Of a stretch of 59,653 nt of DNA, positions 41,661 to 50,571 are shown piece after piece (the first letter of the stretch is position 1; each line of letters begins with the position of its first letter). The stretch is from an uncultured Acidobacteriota bacterium (GTDB lineage Bacteria; Acidobacteriota; Vicinamibacteria; Vicinamibacterales; UBA8438), in NCBI GenBank assembly GCA_913043225.1, contig CAJWLU010000020.1, positions 1 to 59,653 on the forward strand, in the 5' to 3' direction. The notes under the pieces are model-generated. The model was not told the origin of the DNA and did no database searches. It was given only the letters and a program-made list of their open reading frames with translations. Position numbers and translations under genes: made by a program.

Positions 41661-42130
41661 CGCGACCTGCCTGGCCACCACGTCCAGCCCAGCACGCCTA
41701 CCAGGGCCACGCCCAGCCACCGCTGTGGACCTGGCACGAAGACCACCGCGCCGTTCAGGATCACGAACAGGAAGAAGCCGCGCACGGTCCACTCGACCGA
41801 CGGTGAGCGGTGGGCGTAGCTCTCTGGGTTGCGGCGTTCCCAGACGAGCTCGCCTAGCCAGACCAGTCCGAACAGGTAGTTCACGTACAGTCCGCCGCCC
41901 CAATTGAGCCCTGTCAGCTCGACGGTCTGAGCCGCGGTTGCCGCGTACCCAGTCGCGTGGCTCCACTCGTAGTGCGTGCCGAACGCCAACAGGGCGTGCG
42001 CGACGAAGAGAATCAAGCCGGTGAGTGAGAGACGAAACGCGCCCGCGGACCGGCCATGCGATACCACCTGCGCGCCGGCAAAGAGCCCGAGCGCCAGCCA
42101 GATCGTCACCTGTGTGAGGAGGTCGCCCAT
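41630..42130 (-). CDS. Hypothetical membrane protein
   Basis: About 5 hydrophobic segments and motifs H..LAF..HY.WSH and WGGGLYVNYLF. Convergent overlap with the GT4 gene. Confidence 0.7.
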   Translation of the reverse strand: MGDLLTQVTIWLALGLFAGAQVVSHGRSAGAFRLSLTGLILFVAHALLAFGTHYEWSHATGYAATAAQTVELTGLNWGGGLYVNYLFGLVWLGELVWERRNPESYAHRSPSVEWTVRGFFLFVILNGAVVFVPGPQRWLGVALVGVLGWTWWPGRSRQAVAGASRS

Positions 42131-42282
42131 CGCTCTATAATCTCGCGTTTCGGCTCGAGAGATTCGTGGGGCAGGCTTCAGCGTGGTCGGCGAGATGCCA
42201 GCGGTCATCGACGGTCGGCGAGGTTGAAGCACCGCCCTGCGGAATCTTCCAGAGCCTAAAGCCAGATCGGCTACCATGCGGC

Positions 42283-43170
42283 ATGCTCAGACCATCCAGG
42301 ACGTCCTGGTTGCTGCTGTCCACGCTGATGCTGCTTGTCGCCTGCGGTGGCGGCGATGCCCCGGGGGGTGATGGGCCGGCGGTCGACCCAGAGCAGGTAG
42401 TCGCCGGGCCTGCCCCGATCCGGCTCTATATCTTCGACTGCGGCACACTGGTAATCGCCGACGCGGGGCGCTTTTCGCTCATGTCTGACGAGACGTCGAC
42501 CCTCGAGCTATCGGTGCCTTGCTATCTCATCGAGCACCCGGAGGGTCGGCTGCTCTGGGACGCGGGGTTACCAGACGAGTGGGCCGCGCGGTCGCCGTTT
42601 GCCCAGGAGAACGGCACGTTGACCACCGTTGAGCGCACGCTGGCGGCGCAGCTCGAGGAGTTACGGATAACGCCAGCCGACATCGACTATTTGGCGATGT
42701 CGCACATGCACTACGACCATTCCGGGAACGCCAACATGTTTGCCGGGTCCGAGTGGCTCGTGCAGCGGCCCGAGCATGAAGCGGCCTTTGGCGAGGCTGG
42801 CGGATTCTTCGATAGGAGCCTGTATGGCGACCTGGAGACGGCCGAGACGCGAATTCTCGATGGTGACCACGACGTGTTCGGCGACGGTACCGTCGTGATC
42901 AAGTCAGCGCCTGGGCATACGCCCGGGCATCAGGTGCTGTTCGTTAATCTGGTCGAACCGGGACCGCTGGTGCTCAGTGGCGACCTCTATCACTTTCCCG
43001 AAAATCGTCAGTTGAAGCGGGTGCCGCTGTTCAACTTCAATGAGGCCCAGACGCTCGACTCGATGGATTTGATCGAGGATTTCATGTCCGAGGTGGGGGC
43101 GCGGATGTGGATTCAGCACGATTCGGCCGCCTATGCCCTGCTGCGCAAGTCGCCAGAATTCTACCAATAG
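42283..43170 (+). CDS. N-acyl homoserine lactonase-family MBL-fold hydrolase (lipoprotein)
   Basis: Lipobox LLVAC, SHMHYDHSG (HxHxDH), DVFGDG, PGHTPGHQ, LSGDLYH, QHD. Confidence 0.87.
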   Translation: MLRPSRTSWLLLSTLMLLVACGGGDAPGGDGPAVDPEQVVAGPAPIRLYIFDCGTLVIADAGRFSLMSDETSTLELSVPCYLIEHPEGRLLWDAGLPDEWAARSPFAQENGTLTTVERTLAAQLEELRITPADIDYLAMSHMHYDHSGNANMFAGSEWLVQRPEHEAAFGEAGGFFDRSLYGDLETAETRILDGDHDVFGDGTVVIKSAPGHTPGHQVLFVNLVEPGPLVLSGDLYHFPENRQLKRVPLFNFNEAQTLDSMDLIEDFMSEVGARMWIQHDSAAYALLRKSPEFYQ

Positions 43171-43277
43171 GTTACCTGGCGATCCGTTTGTCTGGACGGC
43201 GTTGCGGCGTCTGACACAGCCCGCCCGGCTGCTCCCTCCTCACGTTTATCCAGACGAACGGATCGCCAGGCAACCTA
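43168..43277. repeat. 110-bp MITE/REP-like element with 29-bp terminal inverted repeats
   Basis: TAGGTTACCTGGCGATCCGTTTGTCTGGA (43168-43196) matches the reverse complement of 43249-43277 at 27 of 29 positions. Ends are TA...TA. Confidence 0.8.
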
Positions 43278-43301
43278 CTAAGCGTCTCGTAGGTCCGGTG
43301 G

Positions 43302-43862
43302 TCAAGTCGCTTGGAAGATGACCGGTGACTGCCTGTAGCTTTCGAAGGTGGGCATCTCCAGATCGCGGGCCGACACGATCGGGTCACTGACCGGCCACTC
43401 TATCCCTACGTCCGGGTCGTTCCAGCGGATGCCTCCTTCTCCCTCGGGGTTGTAGGGAGCGTCCACCTTGTAGAGCAGGTCGGCAGAGTCGTCGCTCAGT
43501 ACGGTGAACCCGTGGGCGAATCCTGGCGGTACCCAGAGCAGACGGCCGTTCATGTCTGAAAGCTCGGTGACGTAGGTCTGGCCGAACGTGGCCGAGTCGG
43601 GGCGGATGTCGAGCACGGCGTCGAAGATCCGACCCCGTGTGACCCCCACGAGCTTGCCCTGCGCCGGAGTGTGCTGGAAGTGTAGTCCACGCACGACGCC
43701 GGGCTGCGACCGCGAGTGATTGTCCTGGACGAAATCGACCGGCAGTCCGGCAGCCTTGAACTCGTCGAGGTTGAAGCGTTCGACGAAGAAGCCGCGCTCG
43801 TCTCCGTGGACGTCGAGTTCCAGCAGCAAGAGGCCGTGAAGGTCGAGAGGCGTGATGTGCAT
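43302..43862 (-). CDS. rfbC: dTDP-4-dehydrorhamnose 3,5-epimerase
   Basis: DERGFF.E, FVQDNHSRS..GVVRGLHFQ, QGKLV, DIR..S.TFG, GFAHGF, YK, WNDP. Confidence 0.95.
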   Translation of the reverse strand: MHITPLDLHGLLLLELDVHGDERGFFVERFNLDEFKAAGLPVDFVQDNHSRSQPGVVRGLHFQHTPAQGKLVGVTRGRIFDAVLDIRPDSATFGQTYVTELSDMNGRLLWVPPGFAHGFTVLSDDSADLLYKVDAPYNPEGEGGIRWNDPDVGIEWPVSDPIVSARDLEMPTFESYRQSPVIFQAT

Positions 43863-44008
43863 GAGATTGAGACGTTGGGACTGGCCCGAGTCGGTCGACA
43901 TGATAGCGCATGGGTCCGGGAGCCTGGGACCCTGACACCTCGCCTGCATGCGGATGTGGTCGACGGACCCTACGGTGGCCGCTGTCCCGACGTCGGGGAG
44001 GAGAAGAG

Positions 44009-44065
44009 ATGGCGATCGCAGATACGTTCATTGGCGAAATCGTTCAGGGAACGGCGATCACCCGC
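44009..44065 (+). pseudogene. N-terminal stub of a DinB-family-like gene
   Basis: SD GGAGG then MAIADTFIGEIVQGTAITR, resembling DinB/DUF664 N-termini. Similarity ends abruptly. Confidence 0.4.
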
Positions 44066-44367
44066 TGGTGGCGGCGTCGTTCCCGGTGCTCAGGCGGCGG
44101 TCTCCGGATCTGCCGCGACCCTATCGAACCTCAGCACCTCGGGTGGTAGGATGGCTCGCGATCGCGACCACTGTGTCCTTCATCTTGCCCTACCTGCCCT
44201 CCAGTCCTTCGTCGCTGGTCTGGCCGGAAGAGTGGGCCATCGCGCTTGCCTGGGCCGGATTGAGCGTGGTGTTCGGTCTGGGGCTGCGACGCGGGGCGGT
44301 CGGGCTGGCGGACGGTCAGGGCTGGCGTGTCCTGGGCCGGTGCGTCGACGATCTTGGGTTTCGATGA
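44065..44367 (+). pseudogene. C-terminal remnant of an APC-family amino acid permease
   Basis: LVAASFPVLRRRSPDLPRPYR...VGWLAI...YLPSSPSSLVWPEEWAI is the typical APC tail. The first roughly ten TM helices are missing. Confidence 0.6.
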
Positions 44368-45410
44368 TACGACAGCTGATTCGGTCATATCGGTGGTTGC
44401 CGGCGCTGGCCCTACTCTTGGGATTGGCCGCCACGTTCGACTGGCCGATACAGGCCGTCATGTCCGTGACGGTGAAGACCGCGCCGGCGCTTGAGCCGAC
44501 CCTGGCTCGCATGGCCGAGCTACCTCGGATGCGCTCGATGCTCGTGTCGGTTGGGGGAACGCTCGTTGCCGAGCAGTACTACAACGGCGCGTCGGCCACC
44601 CGTGCGGCCAACATCAAGTCGGCCTCTAAGAGCGTGATCTCGGCACTGGTGGGCATTGCCCTCGATCGAGGCGATATCGAGAGTCTGGACACGTCGGTGG
44701 GCGAGTATTTCCCAGAGTATCTCGATGACCCCGATAAGGCTGCGATCACCGTCGAGGATCTGCTGACGATGCGGGCGGGGCTAGAAACCACTAGCAACCG
44801 CAACTACGGGCGCTGGGTGCAGAGCGGTAACTGGGTGCGCCATGCGCTGACGCGCCCGCTGGTGGCGCGTCCCGGCACGCGCATGATCTACAGTACGGGC
44901 AGCACCCATCTGCTGTCGGCCATTATTACCCGTGCCTCCGGCGTCAGCACCCACACCTTTGCGCGCCGGTACCTCGGCGAGCCGCTCGGAATCTCAGTGC
45001 CTCGCTGGACCACGGATCCGCAAGGCATCTACTTCGGCGGTAATGAAATGTCACTCACCCCTCGCGCCATGCTCGAGATCGGCGAGCTGTATCTGAACTG
45101 TGGTCGCGTCGGAGTCGATCAGGTCATCTCCGAGGAGTATGTGCACCAGTCGGTCGAGGCCCATGCGTTCCGCATGAGGACGCCTGATCGGGCCTACGGG
45201 TACGGTTGGTGGGTGCGCGAGTTTTCGGGTTATGACGCGTTCTACGCCTGGGGCTACGGCGGTCAGTTCATCTACGTGGTGCCGCAGCTCAGACTGGTGA
45301 CCGTGATGACGTCATCGCCCAATCCTGGAAGTGGGCTGAGAGATCACCGTCGTTCCCTGTATCGACTGATGGAGCGTGAGATCGTGCCGGCCGTGGCGCA
45401 GGGGGTGTAA
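44364..45410 (+). CDS. Serine hydrolase (class C beta-lactamase / 6-aminohexanoate-dimer hydrolase-like)
   Basis: KSASKS (SxxK), LLTMRAG, PGTRMIYST, W.TDPQG, YGYGWW, A.GYGGQ. Start at ATG 44364 with a signal-like N-terminus. Confidence 0.87.
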   Translation: MIRQLIRSYRWLPALALLLGLAATFDWPIQAVMSVTVKTAPALEPTLARMAELPRMRSMLVSVGGTLVAEQYYNGASATRAANIKSASKSVISALVGIALDRGDIESLDTSVGEYFPEYLDDPDKAAITVEDLLTMRAGLETTSNRNYGRWVQSGNWVRHALTRPLVARPGTRMIYSTGSTHLLSAIITRASGVSTHTFARRYLGEPLGISVPRWTTDPQGIYFGGNEMSLTPRAMLEIGELYLNCGRVGVDQVISEEYVHQSVEAHAFRMRTPDRAYGYGWWVREFSGYDAFYAWGYGGQFIYVVPQLRLVTVMTSSPNPGSGLRDHRRSLYRLMEREIVPAVAQGV

Positions 45411-45472
45411 GGGGGTTGCAGAGGTTCTGCAAGGCGGGGCTTGAGCCTCGTCAAACTGTGGAAGGACGAACG

Positions 45473-46528
45473 ATGAACAAAACGCTGAGACTTGCTGGGC
45501 TTACCGCGTTGCTGATGATCCCCTTGGGCTGTGGGGGCGCCGAGCCGCTGGAGGAGACGCCGGCCGCCGAGGCTCCTGGCGCGGCGCCGGAAGCGGCACC
45601 AGCCGGCGCCGGGACCATTTTGCGGCTCGATGCCGCGTTCGACGCGCTGGTGTCTGCCGACGCGGTGATCGAGAAGGTGGCCGATGGGTACGGATTCACC
45701 GAAGGACCAGTCTGGGTCCGTCGGGGTGATCCCGACCCCTACCTGCTCTTCAGCGACATTCCGAACAATGTGGTCCGGAAGTGGTCGCCCACGGAAGGAG
45801 CCAGCGACTACATCGATCCGGTCTTCGAGGGAGATCCCGACGGTCGCTCGGTGGGGTCGAACGGACTGCTTATCGACGGCGAGGGGCGGCTCATTCTGTG
45901 CGAGCATGGCAATCGCCGTATCTCTCGCCGGGAAGCAGACGGCAGCATCACGGTGTTGGCAGACAGCTACGAAGGCATGCGGCTGAATAGCCCGAACGAC
46001 GCGGTGTTTCATTCGAGCGGCGCGCTGTATTTCACCGATCCGCCGTATGGGCTGCGGCAGCAGGATGATGACCGAGACAAGGAACTTGATTTCAACGGCA
46101 TCTTCCGCCTGCTTCCTGATGGTACGGTCGAGAAGCTGGCCGAGCAGAGTCGTCCGAACGGCATCGCGTTCGCGCCTGATGAGGACACCCTCTACACGGC
46201 GAACTCGGACGGAGCCAACGTGGTCTGGTATGCCTATGATGTGCTTGAGGACGGCTCCCTCGGCCCGGGCCGCGTGTTTGTCGACGCCAACGACTGGGAG
46301 GCCGATGGTGCGGCCGATGGCATGGCGATCGACCGCCACGGGAATCTATTTGCAACTGGGCCTGGCGGCGTCTGGGTGATCGCTCCCGATGGTACGCACC
46401 TTGGGTCGATCCAGCCCGACGAACCGCCGGCCAATGCCGGGTGGGGCGACGATGGGAACACGCTCTATATGACGGGGCGAACCGGACTGTATCGGATCAC
46501 GTTGAATACGGGCGGGACGATTCCGTAA
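45473..46528 (+). CDS. SMP-30/gluconolactonase family lipoprotein
   Basis: Lipobox PLGC, FTEGPVW, FSDIP, GSNGL, LNSPND, YFTDPPYG, PNGIAF, DGMAID. Confidence 0.9.
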   Translation: MNKTLRLAGLTALLMIPLGCGGAEPLEETPAAEAPGAAPEAAPAGAGTILRLDAAFDALVSADAVIEKVADGYGFTEGPVWVRRGDPDPYLLFSDIPNNVVRKWSPTEGASDYIDPVFEGDPDGRSVGSNGLLIDGEGRLILCEHGNRRISRREADGSITVLADSYEGMRLNSPNDAVFHSSGALYFTDPPYGLRQQDDDRDKELDFNGIFRLLPDGTVEKLAEQSRPNGIAFAPDEDTLYTANSDGANVVWYAYDVLEDGSLGPGRVFVDANDWEADGAADGMAIDRHGNLFATGPGGVWVIAPDGTHLGSIQPDEPPANAGWGDDGNTLYMTGRTGLYRITLNTGGTIP

Positions 46529-46592
46529 CCCGTCCGGTGTTCGAGGCTTCCGGCCGACGACAGAGGTTCCGGGTTACGCGGGAGGTGGTCGT

Positions 46593-48557
46593 ATGACTTG
46601 TCACGCACGTTGGCTTACGGCGGCGGTGGTCACGCTTGTACTCGCCTCGCCGGTGATGGCGCAGCAGGGGGCTGAGGACGGGGAATGGCGGCACTATGGC
46701 GGAGATGTCGGGAACACCCGGTACTCCGGCCTCGACCAGATCAACGCTGAGAATTTCAGCGACCTGGAGCTCGTCTGGCGGATGAAGACCGACAACTTCG
46801 GCCCCGAGCCCGAATACAACTTCCAGTCGACGCCCCTTATGGTCGATGGGGTCGTCTATACGACGGCTGGCACCCGGCGCACCGTGGTGGCCGTTGACGC
46901 TGGTACCGGTGAGTACCTCTGGATGCACCGGCTAGACGAGGGCCAACGAGCCGAAGAGGCGCCTCGACGGTTATCTGGCCGCGGGCTGGCCTATCGCGAC
47001 AATGGTGGCTCCGGCCAGGTCATCTACGTCACACCTGGTTACCAGATGATCGCGCTCGATGCTGCCACGGGCCAACGCATTCAGGCCTTTGGCGACGATG
47101 GCATAGTCGACCTGATGCTGGGGATGGATCAGGACATCGATCCGCTCTCGGGCTCGATCGGCCTGCACGCCACGCCGCTCGTCGCCGGTGACACCATCGT
47201 AATCGGCGCGGCCCATATTCCCGGCGGTGCACCTGAATCGATGCGCAATACCAAGGGTCACATCCGAGGCTTCGACGCCGACTCCGGCGAGCGGAAGTGG
47301 ATCTTCCACACCATTCCAGGTGGCGACGAGTACGGGAACGACACTTGGCTGAACGAGTCGTGGCGGTACACCGGCAATACTGGGGTGTGGGGGCAGACCA
47401 GCGTCGATCTCGAACTGGGTATCGTCTACCTGCCTACCGAGATGCCCACCAACGACTACTACGGCGGGCACCGGCACGGCGACAACCTGTTCTCGGACAG
47501 CATTGTGGCCGTGGATATCGATACCGGAGAGCGGCTGTGGCACTACCAGGTCATTCATCACGATGTGTGGGACTGGGACTTCCCCTGCGCACCGGTGTTG
47601 GTAGATGTACAAATCGAGGGGCGACCCGGCATCACCAAGGTCATCGCCCAGCCCAGCAAGCAGTCGTGGTTGTATGTGCTGGATCGCGAGACCGGCGAGC
47701 CGATCTGGCCAATCGAGGAGCGGCCGATGCCGCCCTCGGAGGTGCCGGGCGAGCTGCTTGCGCTGACCCAGCCGTTTCCGACCAAGCCGCCCGCCTACGA
47801 CCGGCAGGGTGTCAGCGAAGACGACTTAATCGACTTTACGCCAGAGTTGCGGGCCGAAGCGCTCGACCGGGCCTCGAACTTCCTAATGGGGCCGATCTTC
47901 ACGCCGCCGGTCGTGGCCAATCCGGATGGTCCGTGGGGCACGCTGATGCTGCCGTCTACCGGTGGTGGCACCAACTGGCCCGGTGGCTCGGTCGACCCCG
48001 AGACAGGCATCTTCTATCAGTACTCGTTCACCAGCCTGGTCTCCATCGGACTGGTCAATGATCCCGAACGGTCTGACATGGATTTCATCCGGGGCAACCC
48101 GCCGGGGATTCCGGCACGGGATCGGGCATTGACCATCCGCGGCCTACCGATGGTGAAGCCACCTTGGGGACGTATCACAGCGATCGATCTGAAACGCGGC
48201 GAGATCATCTGGCAGGTGGCGCATGGCGAGACCCCTGACAACGTCCGGGAGCATCCCGAGCTGCAAGGCGTCGACATTCCGCGCACAGGGCGGGTCGGTC
48301 GGGTGGGGACGCTCATCACGAAGGCGCTCGTGATCGCCGGCGAGGGAGGCACTTTCACTACCCCGAGCGGGGAGCTTGGCGCGATGCTCCGCGCCTACGA
48401 CAAGGCGACGGGCGAAGAGGTCGGCGAGGTCTACATGCCGGCGCCGGTGACCGGATCGCCCATGACCTACATGCACCAAGGCTCGCAGTACATCGTGGTG
48501 GCGGCCGGCGGTGGCGGTCACGCGGGTGAATTACTGGCGTATCGGTTGCTCGATTGA
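46593..48557 (+). CDS. PQQ-dependent dehydrogenase, quinoprotein glucose/quinate dehydrogenase-like (soluble, no N-terminal TM bundle)
   Basis: W.HYGGD...RYS.LDQIN, QSTPL, RGLAY, DNLFSDS, WHYQ.IHHDVWDWD, PTKP, GGTNWPG, KPPWG, PMTY...G.QY. Confidence 0.88.
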   Translation: MTCHARWLTAAVVTLVLASPVMAQQGAEDGEWRHYGGDVGNTRYSGLDQINAENFSDLELVWRMKTDNFGPEPEYNFQSTPLMVDGVVYTTAGTRRTVVAVDAGTGEYLWMHRLDEGQRAEEAPRRLSGRGLAYRDNGGSGQVIYVTPGYQMIALDAATGQRIQAFGDDGIVDLMLGMDQDIDPLSGSIGLHATPLVAGDTIVIGAAHIPGGAPESMRNTKGHIRGFDADSGERKWIFHTIPGGDEYGNDTWLNESWRYTGNTGVWGQTSVDLELGIVYLPTEMPTNDYYGGHRHGDNLFSDSIVAVDIDTGERLWHYQVIHHDVWDWDFPCAPVLVDVQIEGRPGITKVIAQPSKQSWLYVLDRETGEPIWPIEERPMPPSEVPGELLALTQPFPTKPPAYDRQGVSEDDLIDFTPELRAEALDRASNFLMGPIFTPPVVANPDGPWGTLMLPSTGGGTNWPGGSVDPETGIFYQYSFTSLVSIGLVNDPERSDMDFIRGNPPGIPARDRALTIRGLPMVKPPWGRITAIDLKRGEIIWQVAHGETPDNVREHPELQGVDIPRTGRVGRVGTLITKALVIAGEGGTFTTPSGELGAMLRAYDKATGEEVGEVYMPAPVTGSPMTYMHQGSQYIVVAAGGGGHAGELLAYRLLD

Positions 48558-48579
48558 AGTGCCACGAGGTAGCTGCATA

Positions 48580-48839
48580 ATGCGCCGGGGTCTCTGGCTT
48601 GGTGCCCTACAGTTGTTCCGTGGACTCCTCTGCGTGGGGCTGGTCTTGCCGGTAGTTCGACTGTTTCAGTGAGGGCCGGGTGAGTCGGCCTGCGTTATGG
48701 CGCTGCTCTGTACGATGGAGGCCGTGCAGCTACTGTTGCCGAACGCCTTCATGCCGGAGGCTGTCCGGATGATTCGCCTGTGGAGACTCGGTCGTCGAGT
48801 ACGCTGTTCGGAGCCCTGGTTGGGCTCGTGCTGACGTGA
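48580..48839 (+). pseudogene. Decayed C-terminal part of a membrane-protein gene
   Basis: WLGALQLFRGLLCVGLVLPVVRLFQ*GPGE...QLLLPNAFMPEAVRMI, then a frameshift to VETRSSSTLFGALVGLVLT*. The hydrophobic reading is coherent but broken by a stop and a frameshift. Confidence 0.55.
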
Positions 48840-48903
48840 GCGATGTCGTCAGGATTAGTTCAGGCGCCGCAGCCGGTGCCTGTCGTCGGCTGACGCCTGG
48901 CTA

Positions 48904-50487
48904 CTACCCAGCGGTGTCCCTGTTTTTCCGTTCGCGGTCACGGAGCTCCCGGCGCAGAATCTTGCCAGAAGGCACCTTGGGGATGGCGTCAATGAACTCG
49001 ACGATCCGCACCTTCTTGTGCGGCGCTACCCGGTCGGCCACGTGCGCCATGAGCTCTTCTTCCGTGGATTCAGCATCCGGCTTGGTGACGACGAATGCCT
49101 TCGGGATCTCGCCGGCCTCGACATCCGGCACCGGAATGACGGCCACGTCGGCCACCGCCGGATGCGACTGGAGTACGCCCTCCAGCTCAGCCGGTGCCAC
49201 CTGCAGGCCCTTGTACTTGATCAGCTCCTTTACCCGGTCGACCACGTACAGGTAGCCGTCGACGTCGGCCCGCCCGATGTCGCCGGTGTGAAGCCACCCG
49301 TTGGGGTCAATCATGTCGGCCGTCGCTTCCGGGTTGTTCAGGTAGCCCTTCATCACCTGGGGGCCACGAATCCACACTTCACCCAGTTCGTCGGTTGCGG
49401 CGTCCTCGTTAGTGCCCAGATCGACCACACGGTACTCGGTGTTGGGGAGCGCGACACCCACCGATTCGAGCCGCACCTCACGGTCGCGTCCGTTGGCATG
49501 GGTCACCGGGCTGGTCTCGGTCAGCCCGTAGCCCTGTCGCAGCAATACCCCGTGGCGGTCCACGCACGCCTGCGCGACCGGGGCCGGCAAGGGAGCCGCG
49601 CCAGACAGGATGTCGGTCATCTTCGAGATGTCGTAGTCGTCCACGAGGGGGTGCTTAGCCAGGGCCAGCACGATCGGCGGCACGAGATACGCCATCGTGA
49701 CCCCGTGCTTCTGTGACAGTTCCAGGAACTGCTCGAGGTCGAAGCGGGGCATGGTCACGGTGGTGGCGCCCACGCGGAGCGCGCCGCTCATTATCACCAC
49801 CATGCCGTAGATGTGGTAGAAGGGCAGGATTCCGATCAGTACCTCGGTCTCTTGCAGCTGCTCGACCGAGTGGGTCTGGCACAGGTTCGACACGAGGTTG
49901 TGGTGGGTCAGCATGACACCCTTGGGCAGGCCGGTGGTGCCGCTTGAGTAGGGCAGGGCCACCAAGTCTTCCCGCGGATTGATCTCGACCGCCGGTATCT
50001 TTCCGTTGCTTGCCGCCAGTGCGGCGAACGGGGTGGCGCCCTCGGCTTCGCCGAACACGAAGATCTCACGGACGTTAGTGCCTTCGGCCGCCTCGCGCGC
50101 CTTCTTCACGAAGGGGGGCACGGTGACGAGAAACTTCGCGTTAGAGTCCTTGAGCTGTTTCTTGAGCTCACCGGCGGTGTACAACGGGTTGACCGTGGTG
50201 TTGACGCCGCCGGCTCGGGCCACTCCCATGAACGCCACGGCGTATTCGGGCAGATTGGGACTGTAGATGGCGAAGACATCGCCCTTCTTGAATGCGCGGG
50301 CCGCCAGGCCGGCGGCGGTCCGGTTCACGGCGGCCTCGAGCTGGCCGTAGGTCAATGTTCGTCCCGAGGGACCGTCGATCAGGGCCGGCTTGTCGGCAAA
50401 TTGCTGTGCACGTCCAAACACGAAATCCGGGAGCGGTACCTCAGGAATGTCGACGTCAGCGTATGGGCTGCGATAGCTCATGCTCAT
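48904..50487 (-). CDS. 4-coumarate--CoA ligase-family AMP-binding enzyme
   Basis: LPYSSGTTGLPKGV, LPFYHIYG, SGAAPL, QGYGLTE, GWLHTGD, DRVKELIKYKG.QVAPAELE, SGKILRR. Confidence 0.92.
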   Translation of the reverse strand: MSMSYRSPYADVDIPEVPLPDFVFGRAQQFADKPALIDGPSGRTLTYGQLEAAVNRTAAGLAARAFKKGDVFAIYSPNLPEYAVAFMGVARAGGVNTTVNPLYTAGELKKQLKDSNAKFLVTVPPFVKKAREAAEGTNVREIFVFGEAEGATPFAALAASNGKIPAVEINPREDLVALPYSSGTTGLPKGVMLTHHNLVSNLCQTHSVEQLQETEVLIGILPFYHIYGMVVIMSGALRVGATTVTMPRFDLEQFLELSQKHGVTMAYLVPPIVLALAKHPLVDDYDISKMTDILSGAAPLPAPVAQACVDRHGVLLRQGYGLTETSPVTHANGRDREVRLESVGVALPNTEYRVVDLGTNEDAATDELGEVWIRGPQVMKGYLNNPEATADMIDPNGWLHTGDIGRADVDGYLYVVDRVKELIKYKGLQVAPAELEGVLQSHPAVADVAVIPVPDVEAGEIPKAFVVTKPDAESTEEELMAHVADRVAPHKKVRIVEFIDAIPKVPSGKILRRELRDRERKNRDTAG

Positions 50488-50571
50488 CTCCGCGCGACCC
50501 GGCCTGCGGCTGGGGTTGTTCAGGCTGTGAGGCTATAGCTTAGCTGATCGTGCGGCGGAAGCGGCCACCGG

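Noticed and set aside
43716..44363. N-terminal 216 aa of ORF 43716..45410
   Set aside because: It overlaps rfbC antisense and the pseudogene scar. The real start is most likely ATG 44364, just before the signal-like segment.
36828..45410. The two SxxK proteins as antibiotic-resistance beta-lactamases
   Set aside because: Their motifs fit the broad esterase/amidase branch of the family, so resistance cannot be inferred.
46593..48557. MxaF/XoxF methanol dehydrogenase to explain the mxa-like operon
   Set aside because: It has no vicinal CC before the RG motif. It has the Gcd-type HHDxWDxD, PTKP and KPPWG motifs and no mxaJ/G/I neighbours.
48569..48733. Structured ncRNA suggested by the GTAGCTGCA/TGCAGCTAC inverted repeat
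   Set aside because: The region is better explained as a decayed membrane-protein gene, and the pairing is short.
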